In this document: positions 55,785-64,000 of the stretch, piece by piece | How the letters are laid out: every line of letters begins with the position of its first letter | Numbering within the stretch: the stretch's first letter is position 1 | DNA from: Gemmatimonadaceae bacterium | GTDB lineage: Bacteria; Gemmatimonadota; Gemmatimonadetes; Gemmatimonadales; Gemmatimonadaceae | DNA: 64,000 nt | Direction: 5' to 3' | NCBI GenBank assembly: GCA_045803545.1 | Contig: JBJMOW010000004.1 | Coordinates: 608,001-672,000, forward strand | Notes under the pieces: model-generated | The model's input: the letters and a program-made list of their open reading frames with translations, nothing else | Databases searched by the model: none | What the model was told of the DNA's origin: nothing | Translations under genes and position numbers: made by a program

Positions 55785-57286
55785 GGAAGTTGGATCGACA
55801 GCGCGTGCCGGAAGATGTCGCGCGGATCCCAGCGCGCTTTGACGCGTCGCAGTCGCCGATAATTATCGTGATAGTAGAGTGTCGACCACGGCACGCCTGA
55901 CGTGTTCAGTGCCAGGTCGAGCAGATCGGTGTCGGGATGATTGATGAACGTGCCGTCGTAACGATCGTTCGGAACCGGGACACCACCTGTATCCGCGAAA
56001 AGCTCGCGATAGAACGAGCGCACCCAGCGCAGACTCTCGGTTTCCTCACTCTGATTGAGCCAGCCGGCGTTGCAAGCCATGTCGAAGATCGAGCTCCGCT
56101 GAGCGGAAGCCGTCGCATCCTCCGCGACCGTGTTCACATGTCCGCCGTAACTGGCGAAGCCGAAAGCGCCGCCCATCACGTCGTACTCGGTGCGATTCAT
56201 GTAATCGTAGACGAATTCGAACTGTCGCTCGGTGAGCGGCCTCCTTAGCATCGCGTCCTTCACCTTGGTGCTGACTCCGCCCGGCGGCATCGCGAACAGA
56301 TCCGGAAACGGATTCAGAGCAAAGTCCAGCCACGACATCTGCTTCACCTCGAGCGCGCTCGAGGGTTTGGTTCCGTCGTTCAACGCGGCCAGGTAACCAT
56401 CGATCTGTCGATCCGCGCGCGCTTCGTCGACGGTCAATCCGCGAATGAAGATTTTGCCGACCTGCCAGCGATGCACCATCAACAGCGACCACAGTGAGAT
56501 GTCGGGCGAGCTCGCGTGGCTATTGTGTTCACCCCACGCGCCGTGATTCCGCAGCAATCGCACGAACGACTGCTTATCGAGATCCGTCCAATTCCACTCG
56601 GCGCGGAATGTCGTGATCGATTCGGGGGCGCGCGGGAGAATTCTGCCCGGCTCGTTGCCGGTTGCGTCCGCTGAGCGAAACCAGTAGCGGGTGACGACTC
56701 CGAAATTGCCCGCGCCACCGCCGGTGTGCGCCCACCACAACTCGCGATTCGGATCGTCGGCTTCTCTGGTCGCCATCACGGCATTCGCTCGACCGTCGTT
56801 GTCGACGACTACTACTTCGACGCCGTAGAGATAATCGGCAGCGAGGCCAAGTGTTCGGCAGAGGAATCCGAAAGCGCCGCCGCTGACGTGACCGCCGATG
56901 CCGATGGCAGGATACTCGCCGAGTGGAACGACAACGCGCCAGTTATCGTGGAGCGAGCGAAAGGTGTCGCCGACGGTCGCGCCAGCCTCGACCGCGATCG
57001 CGCGCATTTTGTCGTCATAGTAGATGCGTTTCATCGGCGAGCAATCGATGATCACGCGCACGTCGGGATCGGAAACGAAGCCTTCGAGGCAATGGCCGCC
57101 ACTGGTGACGACGACGCGCTGGCCTTCGTCGACCGCGTCCTGCACGGCGTTGACGACGGCTTCTGTCGAATCGGCGAGACGAACATAGTCCGGCTCCGCC
57201 GTGAATCGCTTATTGAATCTTTTGTCGACGACGGTGCGATAGCGTGGATCGTCGGGCGTGATACGCTCGGTTGGGATGGTGCTCAC
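55781..57286 (-). CDS. FAD-linked oxidoreductase, berberine-bridge-enzyme family
   Basis: SGGHC, GGGAGNFGVVT and N..RL..VK..WDP motifs. Confidence 0.9.
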   Translation of the reverse strand: MSTIPTERITPDDPRYRTVVDKRFNKRFTAEPDYVRLADSTEAVVNAVQDAVDEGQRVVVTSGGHCLEGFVSDPDVRVIIDCSPMKRIYYDDKMRAIAVEAGATVGDTFRSLHDNWRVVVPLGEYPAIGIGGHVSGGAFGFLCRTLGLAADYLYGVEVVVVDNDGRANAVMATREADDPNRELWWAHTGGGAGNFGVVTRYWFRSADATGNEPGRILPRAPESITTFRAEWNWTDLDKQSFVRLLRNHGAWGEHNSHASSPDISLWSLLMVHRWQVGKIFIRGLTVDEARADRQIDGYLAALNDGTKPSSALEVKQMSWLDFALNPFPDLFAMPPGGVSTKVKDAMLRRPLTERQFEFVYDYMNRTEYDVMGGAFGFASYGGHVNTVAEDATASAQRSSIFDMACNAGWLNQSEETESLRWVRSFYRELFADTGGVPVPNDRYDGTFINHPDTDLLDLALNTSGVPWSTLYYHDNYRRLRRVKARWDPRDIFRHALSIQLP

Positions 57287-57666
57287 TTTGTCGGTGCCTT
57301 GATCGCTGCGACGCGTGATTTTACGAGACGTTTGATGAGTGAAACGGGAATGGGGTCGTCGAGCGGAAACTGCACTGTGCCCTTCGATGTCTTGAATCCC
57401 TTTTGCTCCGCGAACTTTCTGTCAGCGACGCTGAGCGGGTACATGCTGAGATGATCGGTCCAGGCGGCGTACCAGACGAGAATCTTGCCGTTGTAGCGAA
57501 ACGCCGGGATCTGGTAGCTGAAGGCATCGACCGCGCCCGGCGCCGCTTTGCGGATGGTGTCCGCTAGCTCCTTCAAGCGCCGTCGCGTCGACGGCTGAAG
57601 TTTCGCGGTGTATGCGCGTATCTGCGCGCGAGATTCTTTTTCGTTCGGTGCTTTGGTTGTCGGCAT
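57283..57666 (-). CDS. YdhG/DUF1801 family protein
   Basis: SYQIPAF, HLSMYP and SKGTVQFP motifs. Confidence 0.85.
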   Translation of the reverse strand: MPTTKAPNEKESRAQIRAYTAKLQPSTRRRLKELADTIRKAAPGAVDAFSYQIPAFRYNGKILVWYAAWTDHLSMYPLSVADRKFAEQKGFKTSKGTVQFPLDDPIPVSLIKRLVKSRVAAIKAPTK

Positions 57667-57712
57667 ATGCGTGTTGGTCCCGGTCCGGTTGCAGATGAGT
57701 GCCCACCTGTCC

Positions 57713-57739
57713 GACGAACCGGGACCTGCAATATCGACA
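57713..57739 (-). promoter_or_regulatory. ECF42-like promoter motif
   Basis: TGTCGA-N17-CGTC upstream of the DUF1801 gene. Confidence 0.55.
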
Positions 57740-57888
57740 TTTGAGTGGTCAGTGTGCTACCACGCGACACTGTCTGATCTCGCTCACACTTCAAAATAAG
57801 AGCTCGGCGCTATCAAACTGTCAAAGCTGGGAGCTCCCGGCTTTTGTATTCTGGATGCAAACCCCCGCTCGCGATCTCTACGCCGAGA

Positions 57889-60800
57889 CTAGAAACGCCA
57901 CTCTTTAATGAGGAATGCCCCAAACGCCGACGTCGTGTAAATGTTCTGATCCCGCTGCAAACTCGGCTCGCGCAGGATATAGCGTGTGTCGACGCCGGTC
58001 TCCAGCCGGTAACCCTGCAGCCCGCCGAAGCGATGCACGACTTGCACGCCAGGACGCTTCAGCGCTGATGGATCGAACGGAGATTTCAGCAGCACGAAGG
58101 TGTGCGATCTGATGTACTTGCCGAACTCGAACTGCGTCCCGCGCAGGAAATTCCCGACGTCGGTCTGCACATCGGCAGGTGTGATCGTAAAGACGTCGGC
58201 GCCAAGTGAGCGTGCCGCACTGCCGGCGACTTGATCCGCGACGACACCGAGCGCGATCCCGGCGAGCTGGCGGCTCGCCAGCGCTGCACCGGCGCCGACC
58301 AGATTCTGGCCGCTACCGCCGCTGCTCAGACCCGATCCCTCGAGCTGCAACAGCGAGCTCGACGACTGGCCAAACGCGAGATAACTCAGCAAGTCGCTCT
58401 GGGGTATAGGCGGCTGGGCGTCACTGGTCAACGAAATCGCCGGCGTGCGCAGCGTTCCGCCGACTATAATTTGGATGTTGAGCGCTTCGCGATTCGGCTG
58501 CTGCACGGTGTAGCCGGCGGTTCCCTGCAGCGTCGGATTGAGCTCGGTCGAATTGATGAAGGTTGCCGAACCGCGCTGGATTTTGAAGCGGCGCGTCAGG
58601 AACGCATACTCGCCGCGCTCGCTCAGCAGGACACCGTCGATCACCAGTGTCTGCTTGGCGCGATTGACGTGCACGCCCATCGGATCTTCGGTGTAGACCT
58701 CGATGTTGTATTCGCGCGAGCGCACGAAGACGTCACGATCGACACTGAGATTCACGTCCATCCGCAGCTTTGCGAACAACGGCGACTGGGCGGGGAATAT
58801 CTCACGATCTGCCATCACCGCGGTGTCCATCACATTGAACAGCGCTGGATCGCCGGCGCCAACGAGATTCTTGTTGGTCGAGGGCGGGATAGACAACACG
58901 CCGCCGCGCACTCTCACATCGCCCGTGACGTGCGCATCGTTGAACGGCCCCACCATCGCCAGGTTGGCGCGCAACACTATATTGCCACGCTCGTTGTGGA
59001 GCACCTCCGCGCCTGTGGTGACCAGGTGCAAATCGAAACTTGGCTGCGTCAGTGAGCCGAGCCCGATGCCGCCGGTGAGCAGGATCCGGCCCTTGCTGTT
59101 CGCGGCGATGGAATCGACGACGATGGTGTCGCCGAGCAGGCGCACTGACGCTTCGATCTGATTGAGATTGATTCCAGCCTGCACGACGTGCGCGTGACCC
59201 TCGTGCATCGCGAACTGCCCGGTGAGCTGCGGCTTGTTCAGAGTGCCGCTCACCTTGAAGTTGCTGGTCATCTTGCCCCGCAGATCGCTGACGAAATTGC
59301 CGAAGTACGACGGCAGCAGCTCCATCGGCAGACTGTCGGCAGTTACGTTGAGCGCGATCTGTCGATTGGTTGGGAAGCGCGATCCAGTTACGCCGGTGAG
59401 CGCGAGATTGATCGGGACCGTCCCTTCTGCAGTCAAAAATGGCTGGCCACCCGCGCGCATCGCCTCGGCGCGCCCGCTCAGCGTCTGATTCGCGTACTGC
59501 AGGGTGCCGTGCACTTCGGGCAATTCAGTGCCGTTGTAGAGAAGGTCAGTGGCGCCAAATGCGCCGCTGAATTGCGGATTCGCCAGCGTGCCTGTGCCGT
59601 GAACATTGAACGAAACCAGACCCGCGGCGTTGATGTCGCTCTGCGTCAGCGAGATGATGTCTTCGACGTTCACGTTGTCGACGGCGAGATCGAAGTTGGC
59701 GCTGCCCTGCTTGGGCAGGAATCCATTGACAAAGATCCGGCCGTTGCGTCCGTTGCGCAGCTCGAGACTGTCGACGTCGACGCCTGCCTGACCCCAGTGC
59801 AGCGCAGCAGCGTGAGTGCTGGCCCAGGTGCTGGTGTCGAACTGCAGACGAAGATCGTTGAGCTTCAGAGTGTTCCGAACCTTGTCGAGGGTGAACGCAG
59901 CATCAGCGGCATAGGTTCGCCCGTTGCTCTGGTCGACGGTCAGCGACAGCGTACCGTTCGGTTTGCCGTAGGTGAGCTTCCCGCGGACGCTGTCGAGATC
60001 GAAGCCCGCCGCGCGCACCGATAGCGCGCTCGCGTTCACTGATATCTGTGACTGTGGCGTGCGCGCGTTGATCCAGTCGTAGTCGGCCGTGAAGGACGCG
60101 ACGCTGTTGCCGCGCGCAATTACGTTGGTGCCGGACGCGGTTCCTTTCAGGCTGAAATTCTTGATGTTGCCAGTCGCGACGCCGTCGGCGCGTACCGATC
60201 CGGCGACGAGATCCTTCGGAATTCCCTGTGGTGTGTCGACCGCCGCGGTCGGATACGCGAGGCCGGTCACCGCTCTCTCAACTTCGGTCGCCTTCGCCTT
60301 GCGCGAAGAATCAGCGCGTGCCTGGGCGACTCTCGTCGACAAAATCCCTGGCCTCGGCTTCACCACGCCGGTGTCCTTTTGGCCAATCAGGCCGGCGAAG
60401 TTCTGGAGCGAGTCTACCGCGACGTGATAGCTCAAAGTGCCCGAGCGCTCGGGCGAAAGTCCGAACGTCCCTTTCGCTTCGACGATTCCCTGCGGCAGAT
60501 CGACCGCCAGCGTGTCGAACCGGGCGAGCCCGTTCGCCATCGTCACGTTGACGTTGGCGCGATCGACGCGAATGGTGTCGATCGTCGACGGAGCAACAGT
60601 CGCGATGAGCTGGGACTGCATCGTCGCTGGGTTGAAGCCGCGGCCGCGGAATGATCCAACCGCCGTCAAACGTGTTTGGGGGAATTTGGCGACGACGTAG
60701 TTCGCGTTGAATCCGCGCGTATCGAAGGTGAGGTTGTAGCCGGTCTCCCGACTGTACAGATCCATCGTGCCGCGCAGGTCGAGGTAACCGCCGTCGGCGA

Positions 60801-62472
60801 AAGTGAGCTGGGTGTTGAGCGCGAGATTGTTGGTATTCCCACGCGCTTTCAAAGGTCCGCTCGCAACGCCACGCAGGCCAACCGTCGGCATGAAGCGACC
60901 GAGCGTTGCCAGCGCCAGCGGATGCATTCGAGCGTCGATGTCCCAATAGCCGACGGCGCCGTTGCGGAATGATGCGCGACCAGTCGCACGCGTTAGAGCA
61001 CCGCGATCGACGTGGGTTACATCACCGACGGCCGTCATGATCGCCGTGCTCGACCCGTTGAGCGTCATCGTGCCGGACAGCGTTCCCTGGAGCTGTCGCG
61101 GTATCGTCGGAATGATCGCGCGCGCGAGATTGATCTCGAGCGGCTTCATCGTCACGTGGAGATTGCTGGCGGTGAACACAGTGCCGAAGAGGCCCATCAC
61201 GCCGTTGCCGACAAGGTGGCTGCGCCCCGACTGCGCGTCGTCGACCACGACATCTCCATTGATGCGCAGGGCGTGTTGCCCGCCATCAAACGCCGCTCGG
61301 CCGGTGAGAATCAGCGGCCGAGGGAAAGTCAGAGCAGGGAACATCCTGTGGAGCAGGCGGGTGTCGAGATTTGCGAAGCTGAGATTCGCATCCTTGTACG
61401 AGATCGTATCGCCGATCGTCGCCTGGATCTTACCGGCGACGTGCGATCGCTCGACGTTCATGTCCATGTTGGCAATGGTGTAGACGCTCTTCTTGCCGGT
61501 CCAATCGAGACCCAAATCGAGCTTGCCGTTGCCACTCTCCGGGAGCGTCACCATCGCCCAGCGAATATCGGCCGGGTTCACCGGATCGCCGTGCAGCTTC
61601 AGATGCAGATCGCCGTTGGTGAGCAGGTATCTGCCATCGCCGGTGAGCTTGGTCTGCGGGAACGCGGCGCGCGCACCTTTCCACCACAATGAATCGCCCG
61701 TGAATAAGAAATTGCCGGTGAGGCCGCGCACATCGGCCAACGGTGGCCGGAATGGCGCCGCGATCATCTTCAGCGCAGAGACATCGACTTCGCGATAGCT
61801 GTAGGCGGGATCCTCGAGACGAACGAGCGGGAAAATCCCGTCGATCTTGTGGAACGCGAATTCCTTCTGATAACCGCCCGGCACCGCAAAAATCTTGAGT
61901 CTGCCTTCGGGGCCGAGTGCCTTGCGAGCTTCGTCCTTCTGCTTGGCGGCGGTGATGTTCGGATCGGGCTGCCACGGCGCGCGCACAGTCAAGTCGCCCT
62001 GCTGCACCGTCACATCGCTGAATTTGATCCAGGTGCCCCAGCCGGTTTTCCTGGGACCCGTCGGCGTCGTCGTGTCGCGTGGAAAAATTCTCTCGTAATT
62101 CCATTTCGTGTCGTTGGGCCGCTTCTCGAGCACGATGATCGGATTGACGAGTTTCACCTGGCGGAAATCGATGCGCTTGCCGCGAATCGTGCTGAGCGGA
62201 CTGTAGCGCGCCCACGCTTCTCCGACCTTGATGAAGGGACGGTGCGCGCTGTCGGTGATCACCACGTCGTGCAGCGTAAATCCCTTCAGCAGATTGCCCG
62301 TCACGCTGCCGATGTGCACGAGTCCGTGACTGTTTCGCTGAATCAATCCTTCGACGTAGCGACGGACCCGCTCGCGTCCCCAGTTGGTGTTGGTGACGAG
62401 GAAAACGCCACCGACGAGCAACAACACCACCACTACCAGGGCGGTGATTGCGATCAGGATCCGCCTACGCAT
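57889..62472 (-). CDS. tamB: Translocation and assembly module TamB-like protein
   Basis: 1527 aa, N-terminal TM anchor, beta-rich, C-terminal LTSD.P..SDLLSYLAFG (DUF490-like). Confidence 0.85.
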   Translation of the reverse strand: MRRRILIAITALVVVVLLLVGGVFLVTNTNWGRERVRRYVEGLIQRNSHGLVHIGSVTGNLLKGFTLHDVVITDSAHRPFIKVGEAWARYSPLSTIRGKRIDFRQVKLVNPIIVLEKRPNDTKWNYERIFPRDTTTPTGPRKTGWGTWIKFSDVTVQQGDLTVRAPWQPDPNITAAKQKDEARKALGPEGRLKIFAVPGGYQKEFAFHKIDGIFPLVRLEDPAYSYREVDVSALKMIAAPFRPPLADVRGLTGNFLFTGDSLWWKGARAAFPQTKLTGDGRYLLTNGDLHLKLHGDPVNPADIRWAMVTLPESGNGKLDLGLDWTGKKSVYTIANMDMNVERSHVAGKIQATIGDTISYKDANLSFANLDTRLLHRMFPALTFPRPLILTGRAAFDGGQHALRINGDVVVDDAQSGRSHLVGNGVMGLFGTVFTASNLHVTMKPLEINLARAIIPTIPRQLQGTLSGTMTLNGSSTAIMTAVGDVTHVDRGALTRATGRASFRNGAVGYWDIDARMHPLALATLGRFMPTVGLRGVASGPLKARGNTNNLALNTQLTFADGGYLDLRGTMDLYSRETGYNLTFDTRGFNANYVVAKFPQTRLTAVGSFRGRGFNPATMQSQLIATVAPSTIDTIRVDRANVNVTMANGLARFDTLAVDLPQGIVEAKGTFGLSPERSGTLSYHVAVDSLQNFAGLIGQKDTGVVKPRPGILSTRVAQARADSSRKAKATEVERAVTGLAYPTAAVDTPQGIPKDLVAGSVRADGVATGNIKNFSLKGTASGTNVIARGNSVASFTADYDWINARTPQSQISVNASALSVRAAGFDLDSVRGKLTYGKPNGTLSLTVDQSNGRTYAADAAFTLDKVRNTLKLNDLRLQFDTSTWASTHAAALHWGQAGVDVDSLELRNGRNGRIFVNGFLPKQGSANFDLAVDNVNVEDIISLTQSDINAAGLVSFNVHGTGTLANPQFSGAFGATDLLYNGTELPEVHGTLQYANQTLSGRAEAMRAGGQPFLTAEGTVPINLALTGVTGSRFPTNRQIALNVTADSLPMELLPSYFGNFVSDLRGKMTSNFKVSGTLNKPQLTGQFAMHEGHAHVVQAGINLNQIEASVRLLGDTIVVDSIAANSKGRILLTGGIGLGSLTQPSFDLHLVTTGAEVLHNERGNIVLRANLAMVGPFNDAHVTGDVRVRGGVLSIPPSTNKNLVGAGDPALFNVMDTAVMADREIFPAQSPLFAKLRMDVNLSVDRDVFVRSREYNIEVYTEDPMGVHVNRAKQTLVIDGVLLSERGEYAFLTRRFKIQRGSATFINSTELNPTLQGTAGYTVQQPNREALNIQIIVGGTLRTPAISLTSDAQPPIPQSDLLSYLAFGQSSSSLLQLEGSGLSSGGSGQNLVGAGAALASRQLAGIALGVVADQVAGSAARSLGADVFTITPADVQTDVGNFLRGTQFEFGKYIRSHTFVLLKSPFDPSALKRPGVQVVHRFGGLQGYRLETGVDTRYILREPSLQRDQNIYTTSAFGAFLIKEWRF

Positions 62473-64000
62473 TAGAACGCTTCGCCGATCGACAGGTGGA
62501 GCACCATCCGGTTGAGGATGCCGCCGCTGGTAGGCGAATAGGTGCGCCGCTGTTGTAGTCTGACGAGCGTCCTTTGGCCATTAACAATGCTTTCCGTGAT
62601 GACCGGCAGTGACTCACTGCGGCCCGGGTTGACCCCTATATCGGCACGGATTGGGCCTACCGGAGATTTGTACCTGAAGCCAAAACCCGGGGTTATGGCT
62701 GTCTTTCGGCGGGGAAGGTCGGCCGTCGTTCTTTGACTCACGATTCCAGCATCGACGAACGCAGCGCCGGCGAGATCGCGCCAAACCGGGAAGCGCGCCT
62801 CCACACTCCCTTCCACCACGAAATTTCCACCGAGTGGCCTCGGCTCGAAATCGCGATCCTTGAGATTTCCCGCCGTCGGATCGCACTGCGTCACGTCGGC
62901 GCCGCTGGTGCACGCGACGTTGAGCGAATCGTGCGCTTGCAGCGTTGCGATTGGAATGGTGAGCACGCGCGGGCCGAGCTGATTCTCGCCATACCCGCGT
63001 ACCGAGCTGGCGCCGCCGGCGTAAAAGCGTTTGCGGGGATGCAGCACGCCGTCGCCCAATCCGGCTGCGATGCCAACTGCTTGCGCGGTGCTGCCGAGTG
63101 GATGAACCCAGCCCGCGCGGATGTGTGCGGCGAACGAGCCGCGCTTCCGAATCTGAAAGTACGAAGCACCATCAGCCGTCGCGCGATTGTAGCGGAAATC
63201 GGATGCAGTGAAGCCCGACGCGTGCTCGATACTGCCGTTGGTGCGATAGCCGCGATTGGGCGAGAACGGATCGTTGCTGCGATCGAGACCGGCGGTGATC
63301 GTGATCGGTGACAGCTTCTGATTTCCGCGCAGCGCTTCGAGCGTCGGCGCATCGCAGACGCCGAAGTTGATGCAGAAGTAGACGTCGCCGGCGTCGACCT
63401 TGCTGATCTCGAATCGGTAGTTGATGCTGAGCGGCGCGCGCTCGGTCATCTCGCGCGTGAAGGTGAACGAGCTGCCGTAGCCGCGATCGATGTAGATGCC
63501 CGGAGCGCTGCGACGATGCGTGAAGATGCCCGCCGAGAGCGTGTTGTGCGGTGAGCCGAACCAGGGCTGGGTGAGGTCCGCGCTCGCGTTATAGGTCGGG
63601 ACGTAGTAGCGCGCGAGCGTTCCGGTGCTGCCGACGGTTGCGTTCCGAAAGACGCCGCGGCCGTTTAGCGATTTGGCGAACAGATTTCCGACGACTCCCA
63701 GAAGGTCGAGCCGTCGCGCCCCGCCGCGGAAATTGTAGCTGGTGAACTTCGTCTCGACCTGACCGAAATCAATGGTGTTGAAGCCCGCACTGATGCGCGC
63801 TTCGTGGAACGGCGCTTCGGTGAGATCGATCACGACGATCTTGGCCGAATCCGGGGCCGAGATGTCGATCGGCGGCCGCGGCTCGATCGATGCGCGCCGG
63901 AACAGGTTCGATTCGTAGAGCGCGCGCTGGCTGCGCAGCATCTCCGATCGTTTGAAGATGTCGCCGATGTGGAAGGTCAGCGATTTGAGAATGGTGCGCG
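62472..64000 (-). CDS. BamA/TamA (Omp85) outer-membrane protein, 5'-partial
   Basis: FYAGGASSVRGY, SPVGPIRxD and C-terminal LSIGEAF; runs off the window edge. Confidence 0.9.
   Translation of the reverse strand, partial: RTILKSLTFHIGDIFKRSEMLRSQRALYESNLFRRASIEPRPPIDISAPDSAKIVVIDLTEAPFHEARISAGFNTIDFGQVETKFTSYNFRGGARRLDLLGVVGNLFAKSLNGRGVFRNATVGSTGTLARYYVPTYNASADLTQPWFGSPHNTLSAGIFTHRRSAPGIYIDRGYGSSFTFTREMTERAPLSINYRFEISKVDAGDVYFCINFGVCDAPTLEALRGNQKLSPITITAGLDRSNDPFSPNRGYRTNGSIEHASGFTASDFRYNRATADGASYFQIRKRGSFAAHIRAGWVHPLGSTAQAVGIAAGLGDGVLHPRKRFYAGGASSVRGYGENQLGPRVLTIPIATLQAHDSLNVACTSGADVTQCDPTAGNLKDRDFEPRPLGGNFVVEGSVEARFPVWRDLAGAAFVDAGIVSQRTTADLPRRKTAITPGFGFRYKSPVGPIRADIGVNPGRSESLPVITESIVNGQRTLVRLQQRRTYSPTSGGILNRMVLHLSIGEAF

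Noticed and set aside
57915..63352. Long plus-strand ORFs opposite tamB/tamA and similar shadow ORFs elsewhere
   Set aside because: Antisense artefacts of high-GC coding sequence.

Overview
GC-rich bacterial DNA; the gene repertoire suggests Gemmatimonadota (inference). The window is dominated by a chromosomal integron with an unusual layout. The integrase intI (51307-52305, minus strand) points toward, and in the same direction as, its attI site (51118-51136) and cassette array. About 28 near-complete attC sites and about 10 partial or degenerate ones extend from 50.5 kb down to about 25.8 kb, with remnants at 21.5, 19.2 and 7.3 kb. The 4-25 kb region therefore looks like an older, eroded part of the array (DHFR-like, VOC, DUF1801, APH/ANT-like genes, mostly minus strand). 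Cassettes include secreted and membrane proteins, GNAT, TrmH, an MBL-fold hydrolase, a broken HigBA module, an uncharacterised two-gene TA-like module and a block of candidate anti-phage genes (HNH, HEPN-like, AbiGi-like). Most intact attC sites contain an ATG-initiated mini-ORF ('...LAAELGR*') that stops exactly at the recombination core. Outside the array are a Rox-like monooxygenase preceded by an RAE-like palindrome, three ECF42-like promoter motifs, an ATP-dependent ligase, a lid-less tannase-family esterase, a BBE oxidoreductase and tamB/tamA. All family assignments come from motif recognition only; no searches were run.
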